Assembly: GCA_048213135.1 (NCBI GenBank)
Contig: PS015054.1
Location: 319,812 to 383,811, forward strand
Source: Reclinomonas americana ATCC 50394
Lineage: Eukaryota
Length of the DNA stretch: 64,000 nt
Direction of reading: 5' to 3'
Shown here: positions 26,066-36,614 of the stretch, in pieces
How the letters are laid out: every line of letters starts with the position of its first letter
How positions within the stretch are numbered: position 1 is the first letter of the stretch
Notes under the pieces: model-generated
Databases searched by the model: none
Told to the model about the DNA's origin: nothing
Seen by the model: only the letters and a program-made list of their open reading frames with translations
Translations under genes and position numbers: made by a program

Positions 26066-27799
26066 ATGGGTGGCTGCAACAGTCGTCTCCCCGTCGAGGT
26101 CGCTCGCCTGTACCAGCGCAACACCTCCAAGACACAGACGTGGGCCTCACCGCCACCATCGCGACTGGCGACGACGACAATCGACACTGCGGTGACTCCA
26201 CTTGTTCCGATCATCGATGATGGTGATCGTGTGCGTCGCCGTCGTCGCAGTCTGGCCACCGGCACAGTGTGTGCACAGCTGCAGGACTCGTCGCAGGCGC
26301 TGCTGGACTTGTCAGGTGCGTGCTTCTTGTCATCGTCGTCGTCGTTGTCGGAGAATCGTGCTCATTGTTGTGTTGTTTTGCTCATGATCAGTGCGAGGTG
26401 GGGGTTGCTCGGTGATCCCACTGCCGGTGGTGTCGAGTAGTGCACGCGAGGCTTCGTCGCCCGAGTCGTTGCATGCGCGGGAGCCGACGTGCCAGTCGGC
26501 GCCCGTGTCGGCACGATTGCAGTCGTGGGTGACTGATCGTGATGGAGGCAAGGAGAATGCGATTCCGGTGACGGCCACGTGCATGCCGCCGCCGAGCAAG
26601 CTGGCAGGTGTGTGTGCTGTCAAAGAAGGAGGGGGCGGGTGTGGGAGTCTTGTGCTCAGTTTGGGTCATTGACAGGTGAATCGCCGGGATCGCGACCGCC
26701 ACTCAGCCGATCGAAGCGATCGCTGCAGCAGCATGTGGCCGCCGTGGTCAATCGGAATCGCGTTGTACGAGGAGGTGGTGGTGGGGGAGGAGGAAGCCCG
26801 CGAATGTCGCCTTATAGTAGTGCGTACGGAGCCGACGAGGACTATTGGGGCACGAGGGCCAGCGAATCGATGTACGACGACGGCTCCACCATGGTCGACG
26901 AGCATGAGCTGTCGCTGACACTGGAGGCGTCGGTGGTGATGGCACGGCAGCGGCGGCAGCAACGGCAGCAGCAGCAGCCGCCGCAGCAGCAGCCACTGAC
27001 AGAGTTGGCTCTCCGCTTGCACTCTTCGTCGCCGGGTGGCAGTGGCGGCGGCGGCGTGCCCACCTCACCAGCACACTCGATTGCCGAGTGGATGTCGGCG
27101 GACCACAGCGGCATCCTCGCGGCGAGTGATATCGGTCTGGGCGCTGTCCCGTCACCGCCGCCACCGAGCCACTGCAGCAGCAGCATGCTGAGTGGAATGC
27201 GCGTGACGGCGGCCTCCTCCGTGGCACCGGCGTCTCCGCTGGTGCTGGGGCGCGTGTCGGCAGTCGGTCGGATTGAGCCAATTCTGCCGGCGGCCTACTG
27301 CTCGCCGAGCACACAGCGCGTGCTGGCGCCACTGTCGCCGCGCGTGCCGGCCACCAGAGCACGACCAGCACAGTACAGTGGCGGTAATTTCCAGCCACCA
27401 CCACTGGTCAGCCGTGCGCAGCAAAACATGCGCTCCTCGCCGGCCAATCTCAGTCAGCACTGGCGACGACCAATCTCCGGCGCTGCGGCGCGACCGCCTC
27501 TTCCGCGCACATCCACGTCGCTGATGATGATGAACGCCAGCCTGCCGCTGCACCTCGACGACGGCAACGCGAGCATGGACTCTGTGCGGTGTGGACCGCG
27601 TGCGAAGCAGCAGCAGCAGCAACAACCGCCGCCGCCGAGCCACACATTCTTCACCGAATCGGCTCTGCGCGAGTACGGCTTGCACACAGACGAGTCGGGT
27701 GCAGGCGCCGACGACAATGACGAGCGGGGACTGGCGGCCATGATGATGGCGAGGCGAGTGGAGGAGAGGTGGCGCACCATGCCGGCGGGGTTGAGGTGA
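26066..27799 (+). CDS. Low-complexity S/P/Q-rich hypothetical protein with an N-terminal MGGCNS acylation motif
   Basis: Three exons joined by GT-AG introns; long final exon (ORF 26579-27799). No recognisable domain. Confidence 0.55.
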
Positions 27800-27998
27800 T
27801 CAAGTAGAAACGAGGGTGAGAAGAAGTATACCGTGCTTGCGATGTACCTGAAGTGGGCGGCGGTGAGAGAGACTCGATTACTCGCCGACTCTACACTGCA
27901 GTTGTTGCTGCGACCACCTCCTCTCTCTCACTCTCGCTCATTTCTCTTGCCGCTGCCCAGCAAGGAGCAGCACTCACTGACATGCGCGCGCACGTGCA

Positions 27999-29062
27999 CT
28001 ACGGTGCATCCTGCAGCAGATCCAGATTCTCCAGCAGGTATTCGCGCAGCAGGGCGAGACCCTTGCCGCGGTGAGAGATCTTGTTCTTGTCGTCCAGCTC
28101 CATTTCGTCGTACCTGTTGCGCACATGCATGAGAGATAAGGCAAAACAGGGAGGCGGGCAGGGAAAACTCACGTCAGCTCATGCCCCTCGGGCACAAAAA
28201 TCGGATCCCACCCAAAGTTGCGGTTCACACGGGGAGCCACAATCGACCCCTGCACGCGATGGTGAGTCGTCACGAGCATCGATTATCGTCTCCTTCACAC
28301 ACACACACACACCCTGGCCACTCCAGTAAACAAAACGGGTTCATGCCCGGGTCCAGCAGAGAAAGCGTAGGTGCACACGGCCGTGGCTCGCTTGTCCTCA
28401 AAGCCAAGCAGCATCTTGTACAGCCCTGCATCGCCATCAATGAGCGAGCAAAGAGCGTGGAAAACTCACGAAAACAATGGCTTGCCTTCACAGCCAATGG
28501 ATGCATAGAACCACTTGCTGCATGCATCGAGTGAGCAGAAGCTGAAGGATGGGTGTGCACACAAGCACGACTCAACATGTAGGGACCAGGCATGCTGTTC
28601 AATGCATCGAACTCCAACGACACGTCCTCGGTGAACACGGGTCCACCGGCCTGCTCACCATGCAACATGCAGTCAATGATTGGTTTCTCTCTCACACACG
28701 CACATGTGCAGAGTGTTTGCGCACCGCCTGCGCTGCAAGACGGCACTTGGCGAGGGCGATCTCATCGCGTGTTCCTTGGATCTCCTCAGCTGTCGAGCGC
28801 ATGAGACCATCATGACAGAGAAAGAGTGTATGTGTGAGTGTGTGTGAGTGTAACGCAACTGTCGACATCGCAGCGCTCGACGAGGAAGGTGCTGCTGCCG
28901 AGCACACGCATGACTTCCAGAGCTGTGTGTGTGCGTGTGCGTTTGTGAGAGATTGAGATTGAGATGCACGTGCATGCATGCATGCGCAGGAGCAAGGTCA
29001 CCTTTGCCGGCATTGCCAGTCACAAAGAGCAGGCGCTTGCGAGGGCTTGCAGCGGCGGCCAT
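27999..29062 (-). CDS. ITPA: Inosine triphosphate pyrophosphatase (HAM1 family)
   Basis: [58 protein letters not shown]. Confidence 0.95.
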
Positions 29063-29392
29063 TTTCGGAACATGCATGACATGGGGACAGCGACAACTCG
29101 CACTGCCGTCGTGGTGAAGATCTCATTGTGCTCATGCAAGCGGAGAATTGGGCCGTGGTGATGCACAGTCGTGCATGTGTATCAAGGCAGTGCTTGTGGT
29201 TCGCCGTATGCAAGGCGCCGGCGTCGACGTCGACGCGTCGAAGTCGTCCATGACCACACATCCCCTCGTCGTGCGAGTCGGGCTCGGTCCAGCCCTAGCA
29301 GTACCTTGCGACAAGCCACATAAGCGACCTGCAACCTCGGGATGAACGCACCTGCGATTCTGCAATTCTTTTGTTCGCGTGGCAATTCGGAA

Positions 29393-29947
29393 GATCGATC
29401 CTTTCTTCGCCTCGCTCCTGCACCAGGGAATCTCTGCATTCTCGGAGTATCCTGCAGATCCGTCCACCACACTCCACGTATCACCAAGCCGCGTGGCAGG
29501 CGGCAGGTCGCTGGCCACGTGGCGACACCCGCTCGACGGTCCAGATCCAATTTTGGATGGATCGACCGCCACTGGTGTCCGCTGCAGCATCTGCCGCCGC
29601 ACGCCGGCGCCCCTGCCTCGCCACACGCCCGTCCATGCATCCCAGCTGCATGTGCTATGCCGTGTTTTTCCTCCACACGCAGCGCACATCGCAGGGAATT
29701 GACGTAAGCTGCAAGAGAATCGCTTTTTGCTTTTTGGACAGGTTGATGACAAAACGGGTAGGTATATATCGCGATCGAGGCCTTCATCATGTCGCTGCTG
29801 CAGCAAGGAATCTCTGCATCCTCGGAGTATCCTGCAGCTCCGTCCGTGATCACCGCGTCACGTGGCAGGAGGGGGGTCGCTGGCCACGTGGCGACACCCG
29901 CTCGACCTGCACCAATTTTGGATGGACGTGCAGCATCTGCCGCCACA
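29393..29947. repeat. Degenerate direct duplication (copies ~29393-29600 and ~29773-29947, offset ~380 nt) in the ITPA/sHSP intergenic region
   Basis: Shared blocks GGAATCTCTGCATYCTCGGAGTATCCTGCAG.TCCGTCC, GGTCGCTGGCCACGTGGCGACACCCGCTCGAC, CCAATTTTGGATGGA and TGCAGCATCTGCCGCC. Confidence 0.9.
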
Positions 29948-30072
29948 CAGAGAATGACGCAAGCAGAGAATCGCACGTAGCTTCGTCTTTGGACAGCTCT
30001 CATTATCCTTTTTTCTCTCCTCCGTGAGCCAAGACAACTCCCCTCCCCTCTTCTATCCACATCCCTCCTACC

Positions 30073-30923
30073 ATGACCACCCGTTTCCTGGTACTGAACG
30101 TGCTTCTGGTGCTGTTGGTGTGCTCGATGGTGAGCGCCCTCGGCGACCGCGATCGCGACCGCGACCGCATGCACACCGACGACGACACGAACACGATGAT
30201 GATGAACCGCGGCTCGGGCAACATGATGATGATGGACGCCGATCCGCTGTGGGACATCATGTCGTGGCCGTTCCACACTCCGATGCGCCGCAACGGAGGC
30301 GGTATGTTCACCAACAACTTTGGCATGTTCCCGACGTGGGGCGGCCAGAATGCCCTTGACATGTACGAGCAGCAGCTGTCACACCTCGTTGCGTCTCTTC
30401 CCTTCCCCCGTCTCCCCCTTCCTCCCTCCCTCGCCACTGACCTTGCCGTCAAACAGGACCGCATCAACCGCCGCATGGAGTCACTGCGCAAGCAGATTCG
30501 CACCACCACCACCGACACCAAGATGCAGCTGTGGCACCCGACGGCCGATCTTTTCGAGACCGAAAAGATGATCAACATTCAAGTGGCGCTGCCGGGCGCC
30601 AAGCGCGACGACATCAAGGTGCAGGTCGACGAGGGCATGCTGACTGTGATGGCCACCGTGCAGCAGGAGAAGAAGGACGAGTCGCAGCGATACGTCCACA
30701 TGGAGCGCCAGTTTGGCACCTTTACGGTACGCACGTTACCGTAGTGTGCGAGTGTGAGTCGAGTTGTCCGTGCTGACCGCGTGCATCACAGCGCTCGTGG
30801 CGCATGCCGAGCAACTGCGATCCGACCAAGGTGACTGCCAAGTACGAGAACGGCGTGCTGAACGTGGAGATCCCCAAGACCGGCGACGCCAACATGCGCA
30901 CTCGCACCGTGAGCATCTCGTAG
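30073..30923 (+). CDS. Small heat shock protein (HSP20/alpha-crystallin) with an N-terminal signal peptide
   Basis: WHPTADLFET..IQVALPG..DDIKVQVDEGMLTV..ERQFGTFT|RSWRMP..VTAKYENGVLNVEIPK. Hydrophobic N-terminus FLVLNVLLVLLVCSMVSALG. Introns 30388-30456 and 30727-30791. Confidence 0.93.
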
Positions 30924-31109
30924 AACCAGTCTGTGGGTGTGAGCGACGAGGCGTCTGCGTCTCTGCATTTTTTCTCCCCCAATCTACATGCACCTAATGA
31001 ATGCAGAGATGCAAGAAAAGCCTCTCTTGTCCCTCCCAATTGCACTCTTTCCTGGCAACCCTCCCCCACATTACTGCGTAACATCGATTTTCCCCGATTC
31101 ACCACCATA

Positions 31110-33283
31110 TCATACCGCACAGTACTGCGCCACAAAATCATCTACGGGCATGCGACGCACTCCGAGCGCCGGCGCGGAGATGGCACCATTACCCACCAGC
31201 ATACCGCTAACATCGAGACTGTGTGCCGCATGCGTGATCGGGGTGAGTTGGAGGGGGAGCAGAGACGAATGGTATGCACAACGCACCCCCACGGGAAATG
31301 AACGATTACTCGCAGACTGAGCACTTGGTCACGCTCAGAATCGACACGCTGCCGCTGCACATCGGCCCGCTGCGTACGCGGCACCACCTGCCGTGCCAAG
31401 GCCCTCCAGCGCACACGAATGCACTGAAGAAGCAACAGCACAGAGTCGTGACATTCTGCATGCAGTACCGCTCGTGAAACCAGCCGCACTCACCGACTGA
31501 TACCGCTGCAATGCCTGTCGTAGGCGACTCCAGTCGCGCCACAATGTCACCAATTCGCACAGTTCTCGAGCGGGCAAGAAGTGCGTTCTGTGGCACGCCG
31601 ACGATATGAGTGCTACGTTTCAATAGAAAAACCTCACACGACTTGCACGCAACTGCAACGACAGATCACGCGAACCCAGATGCTCCCGCACACCGGCCTT
31701 GGTGAGCGCATCGGCATACAACCACAGCCGCTCTCGCAAGTACAACGGCGCAAGTGACGGATGCAGCGGCAACTCACACTGTGGCACACTCGGGTGCGTC
31801 TGGAGGACCACTTGCAGTGATCGGAATGGCTGGTGATTTTCTCGAGTCAGTCCGGAAGCACACACATACGCACACACACACACAGTTTGCAGTGTACGTA
31901 CATTCTCCGGCGGTGAGTCCGCAAACGACACCACAATGTGGTGTTTCCAGTCGAGTCGCATGCTGACACAGTCCTCGCGTGGGCATGGCACCTCGGCCGG
32001 TGGTCGGTGACCGACCTCCTTGAGCACCTGCGAGCAAAGCACCAATTGGTCACCCTAAAACACTTCAGAGGCGATTCCACAGTCGCACTCTCACCATTTG
32101 CATCACATCCTTGCCAATGCACGCCTCTTGCAGGTAAAGGAAAAGTCTGTGAATGCGATTGGTCCGTGACACACCTGCGTGCAACACAAGTGGTGAGTCT
32201 CTGTTCGCCCTCCTCTCCACATCATGCCTTCTGTCTCACCACTGTCGCCCAACACGCTATTGGCGGTGAGATACGAGTAGCCGTTGACAAACTCGGGCGG
32301 AAACATGTAATCGCAGTGCATGCCGCGCCGCAGCAGCGTGGCGTACTTTAGCGCAAATGAACGCCCTGTGAGCCGCAACACACACACAGACACATAACGA
32401 GTGTAAGCAACTGCAGTGGGCTCACACACATCATCATCTGGCACACGCACCACCGCGCAAGCCGAATGACAATCGCGCCGACTGGTTCAAGTGCGGCGAC
32501 AGATGCCACCTCCGTTGCAACGACAGCAACTCTGCGTACTGCTCGCGCATGCGCTTGGTGGCCACTCGACCGGCCTCGAGCCCCTCTCGCAGCACCTCAC
32601 GACACTGGTCCAGCTCGCGCAACTTGGAGCCCACCAGCACCGGCACATCGCGCTCCTCGAGCGCATCACGCCTCGCATACAGTGACGAGGTGCCGAGCGT
32701 GGGCGGATCGCGCAGTACACCCTGCATGACCTCCACCAGCTGCTCCAATTCCCCAATGCCCGCTCTGCACGGAGACAAGTGAGTGGATGATGCCAGCTGA
32801 ACACACACACACAGACAAAAAAATGCATGCAAACCTGATGTGCCCATCACACACACCCAACGACGGCTCATTCGCACGGTGCCACGTGGCTGCCGCCAAT
32901 CGCTGCTGCTCCGCAGAGAACTCGAGAGAATGCACCACATCGGCGTACTTTTCCTCCCACGTGGGAACACTGCATTTTTGCGCGCGCGCACACACACACA
33001 CACACGCACACAGAGTGCACGCAATGTGAGGAGCTCATGCACGCCCGACAGTGCCTGCGCGCACACACACACGCAACGGTACGAGGCTCTCCTCGCCACC
33101 AGGAATGATCTCCAACACTCGGCGAGTCGAGTACGGCTCCACCACCACACGCTGCTTCTTCAGCTCAGACTCAATGATGGTCGCGACTGTGGTGGTGGTG
33201 GTGGTGGTGGTGGTGGTGGCAGGGGGCGAAGGTGCTGAGCCACTGGTGCCTCCACCAGCCTCTGCCGGCTCATCGACCTCCAT
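31110..33283 (-). CDS. MED17: Mediator subunit 17-like protein (3' exons uncertain)
   Basis: VVVEPYSTRRVLEIIPGGEESLVP..EKYADVVHSLEF and SKLRELDQCREVLREG..AELLSLQRRWHL resemble MED17 N-terminal blocks as I recall them. No search was run. Confidence 0.55.
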
Positions 33284-33329
33284 GATTGTACGACAATGGT
33301 AACAGGACGACAGGCTTTAATCACACAAG

Positions 33330-34216
33330 TCAACGACCGACTCGAGCAAGCGCAGCGTTGGTCTTGGGGTTGGCGGTGCACTGTTGCAGCATGACGGTGA
33401 TTTCGTCGACCTCGGTCTGCAGATCGCGAATGTTGGCGACGTACAGCAGGCGCAGAATGAGGGCGGCGCGGTCGACCAGCTTGTCGCGAGTGGTGAAGCC
33501 GAGTGGTGCCTTGGCCAGCTTCTCCTCGATGCTCATCACTGGCGCTGCGTCAGTCGAGCTCTGCATCTCCTGCTCGCGCAGACGGCTGAGCAGGTTGCGC
33601 GTGATGCCGCGCAGCAACGCAATCGTCTCCACGTCGCCCGACACCATCATGCCCATGTCGCGTGCCACAGTCTCCAGCGTTTCCCTGAACTCGGGCGACG
33701 ACAGCTGCACATGCGTGCTCCCCGTGCTGGCGCCCTGCATGGCACGAGCGCGAATCGCAGCGGCTGCCACACACAGCACATCAATGTGAGACGCACATCT
33801 CACTCTCTCTTTCTCTCCGTCGCACGCACTCACCGTGGTCGTGATAGTCGAGCGCCACAGCTCGCGAGATCAACCATCCCAACACCGGCAGCAACCCCTC
33901 CGCCTCGCTCAGGTCCTCCGCGTCGCACGGCAGCGGGCAGTCGAGATCCTGCAAGTACGTCGACAGCACATCGTAAAAGCCGCTGTCTGGCGTGTGCGCC
34001 AGTGTCACTCTCTCCGCCTCGTCCAGCTGCCGGATCTTGTTGCACTCCAGCCAGTAGATCAACGCGCGAACCGCAACCACATCTGTCGTCATGCATGATC
34101 ATCATCAATCTTGTTGTCAAAATCATCTCTTTCTGACTCTTGCATGTCGCCGCACCAGTAACATTCACATCGCCTGCCACTGGATAGCCCAGCGCACGTA
34201 GTCTGCGCGCAAACAT
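33330..34216 (-). CDS. RTRAF: RNA transcription, translation and transport factor (C14orf166/CGI-99, RLL motif), tRNA-ligase complex subunit
   Basis: MFARRLRALGYP, LIYWLECNKIR, PLGFTTRDKLVDRAALILRLLYVANIRDLQTEVDEI..Q..TANPKTNAALARVGR. Confidence 0.93.
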
Positions 34217-34576
34217 GCTGCTTCCTTCCTGCTTCTTCTTCTTCTGCTTTGACTTCGGAGATGCTGCTGCCGCTGTTGCTGCTGCTGTTGTTGTTGAAAC
34301 GACTCGACGCCGCTTGTTGCTCTGTGCGTCACTGATCACTCCCACAGTCGGCTCGTGATGCACAGCGGAAGGAGCACGAGCGGGCGCGGACGAAGAGGCA
34401 GGCCCCGAAATGGTCAGCGACACAAAGAGAAAAAAAGGGACACGCACAGCGCTCACGCAAACACAGAATGCACAGGTCTGTGTTCACCGATCTCCTCTCT
34501 TCCCTGCCACAAACACACAAACGACAGAGCACAACACGCGCGCGTATGTACACAAGCGAAGGGACAGACAACAGCG

Positions 34577-34584
34577 TGACGTCA
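34577..34584. promoter_or_regulatory. CRE-like palindrome TGACGTCA in the divergent RTRAF/TSG101 promoter
   Basis: GTGACGTCAT followed by CCAAT, ~60 nt upstream of the TSG101 ATG. Function is inferred. Confidence 0.4.
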
Positions 34585-34641
34585 TCACCAATTGTACAAT
34601 GCGAGGATCCAGTGTTCACACGTCGCAGAGAACGAAAGCAA

Positions 34642-36497
34642 ATGTCGCTTGACAGACTGCTGGAGCGAGTTGCGTGTGTGCTCGCCTGCGCCTGCCTGCT
34701 TGTTTGCCTGCCTTCTTGTGTGATTGTGTGTTCTGACACTGTGTATCTCTGTCTCTCTTCTCAGGCCTTCCCGTACCCGAATCGTGAGCACGTGAAGACC
34801 GAGGTGCAGAATGTGTGCCGCATGTACCCCTCGTTGACACCCGATGTGGGTGAACTTGGTGAGCGCACCTCAATCTCCCTTCTTTCTCTCTCTCTCTCTC
34901 AGTCTCTCTCTCTCACTCACTCACGCCCACTCCAGTGCGCGAGGACGGCTCCGACGCACGGTTACTGCTGCTTGACGGCACCATTCCCATGTTCTACGCC
35001 TCGGCGCAGTACAATGTGCCAGTCAACATTTGGATTCCGGAAAACTTCCCCCTGCAACCACCCGTGGTGTATGTGACGCCCACGCCCAGCATGTACATTG
35101 TCGACAAGCATCGGCATGTCGACACCGAGGGCCGTGTGTATCACCTCTACTTGACAGAGTTCTCGCGGACGTCGTCGCTCCACAAACTCGTGCAGCAGCT
35201 GTCGACGGCGTTCTCGTCCGATCCGCCCATTTACTCCAAACCTCCGCCTGCGGCGGCCGCGGCTGCTGCTGTGGCCGCGGCGGCCAGCTCCGTGGCAAGA
35301 CCGCCGGATGTGGGCCGCCCACCACAACCGTACGGCCAGGTGAGGGCGCGAGGGAAGGGAGTAGTCCCGTGTGGGGTCGGAAGATCGTCGTGTGACTCAT
35401 TGTGTGTGTGTGGTGTGGCAGCCGCCGCCGCCGTTCGGTGCGCGACCCATGCCTCCTGCTGCTGCCCTGGGTGGTGGCGGCGGTGCCGGTGGAATGCAGC
35501 ACGGTCTGCCTCCCATGATACCCGCTCAGCATCCGCCACAGCCACCCGTCGTCGTTGCGTTGTCGTCCGATTTGCGTATCCTCTTTTGCTTTTTGTTGCC
35601 CTCTCATGTGTCTGTACAGCGACAACCACCACCGCCCGTACGGTCGTCGGAGGCCGACACTCGGGACGTCATCATTCCGCAGATCACGGCCAAGCTCAGG
35701 GAGTTCTCCGAGCACTTTTTGGAACACATCAGTGCACAGGTCGACGAGTTGGTGCAGGACGAGGTACGGAGTGGTGCAAACGGGGAGAGCATGCGCGTTT
35801 CAAGCGTTGGTGTATGATGCTCACTCGCTCGCTGTGCCGGGCAGACGCTGCTGAGTCAACGTGCCGACTACTTTATCGAAGCCAAGTCGCACTTGGCACG
35901 GACCAAGGTGCTTGCTTTGCTTGTGTGCACGAGTTCATGTCAAGCAAACCGCGTCCACTAACTTGTTTACGCACACACACGCAGCAACATCTGGAGCAAT
36001 GTCTGGCAGCATACACTGCCGAGTGCGACAACCTGACGCAATGGCTGGAGCACGACGCGACGCAAGTGGCCGACAAGCCACTGGAGGAAGTGCTGGTCAT
36101 GGACGACGAATACTCAAAGGAGTTGCGCATCTGCTTCCCTCTCGCTAAGCATCGTTGTCTCCCTCTCATCTCCTATCGCGCTGCTAGAGTGGCGACATTG
36201 TTGGCCGCCGACCGCGCCATGGACGAGGCGCTGTATCACATTAACAAGGCGTTTACGTCGGGCAAAATCACCATTGAGGTGTTTCTGAAGGTACGATGTG
36301 TGTGTTGTTGTTGTTGTTGGATGCGTGTGCGCGCGCACGCGCTCACCGCGCCTCTGCAGTACACGCGCATGGTGGCGCGTGAGCAATTCTACAAGCGTGC
36401 CGCCATCCGCAAGCTGTTCCAGGATAGAATGCGTGCCGTACGACCATCGTCGGCCGCGAGTCCACAAGTCGGCGGTGCACGCCCTCAGTGGACGTGA
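34642..36497 (+). CDS. TSG101: ESCRT-I subunit TSG101/Vps23
   Basis: UEV domain LLLLDGTIPMFYASAQYNVPVNIWIPENFPLQPPVVYVTPT..HRHVDTEGRVYHLYL, Pro-rich linker, and SB box AADRAMDEALYHI..FLKYTRMVAREQFYKRA. Confidence 0.95.
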
Positions 36498-36614
36498 TCA
36501 GGGGCAAGCTTTGCCTTCTCCACTGCTGCCGCTGCAAGGGGAGGCGTGTGAGTGGGTGAACCTGGTGGTGAAAAATAAGGAGTGAAGGAAAAAACAAACA
36601 TCAATGTTGCTGCT

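Noticed and set aside
29393-29947. LTR/TRIM retroelement reading of the direct repeats
   Set aside because: No clear TG..CA termini, primer-binding site, polypurine tract or target-site duplication, and the boundaries fade gradually.
29182-30276. 364-aa and 224-aa minus-strand ORFs across the duplicated region
   Set aside because: They are partly antisense to the sHSP, have non-protein-like composition, and their internal repeats shift frame, consistent with non-coding DNA.
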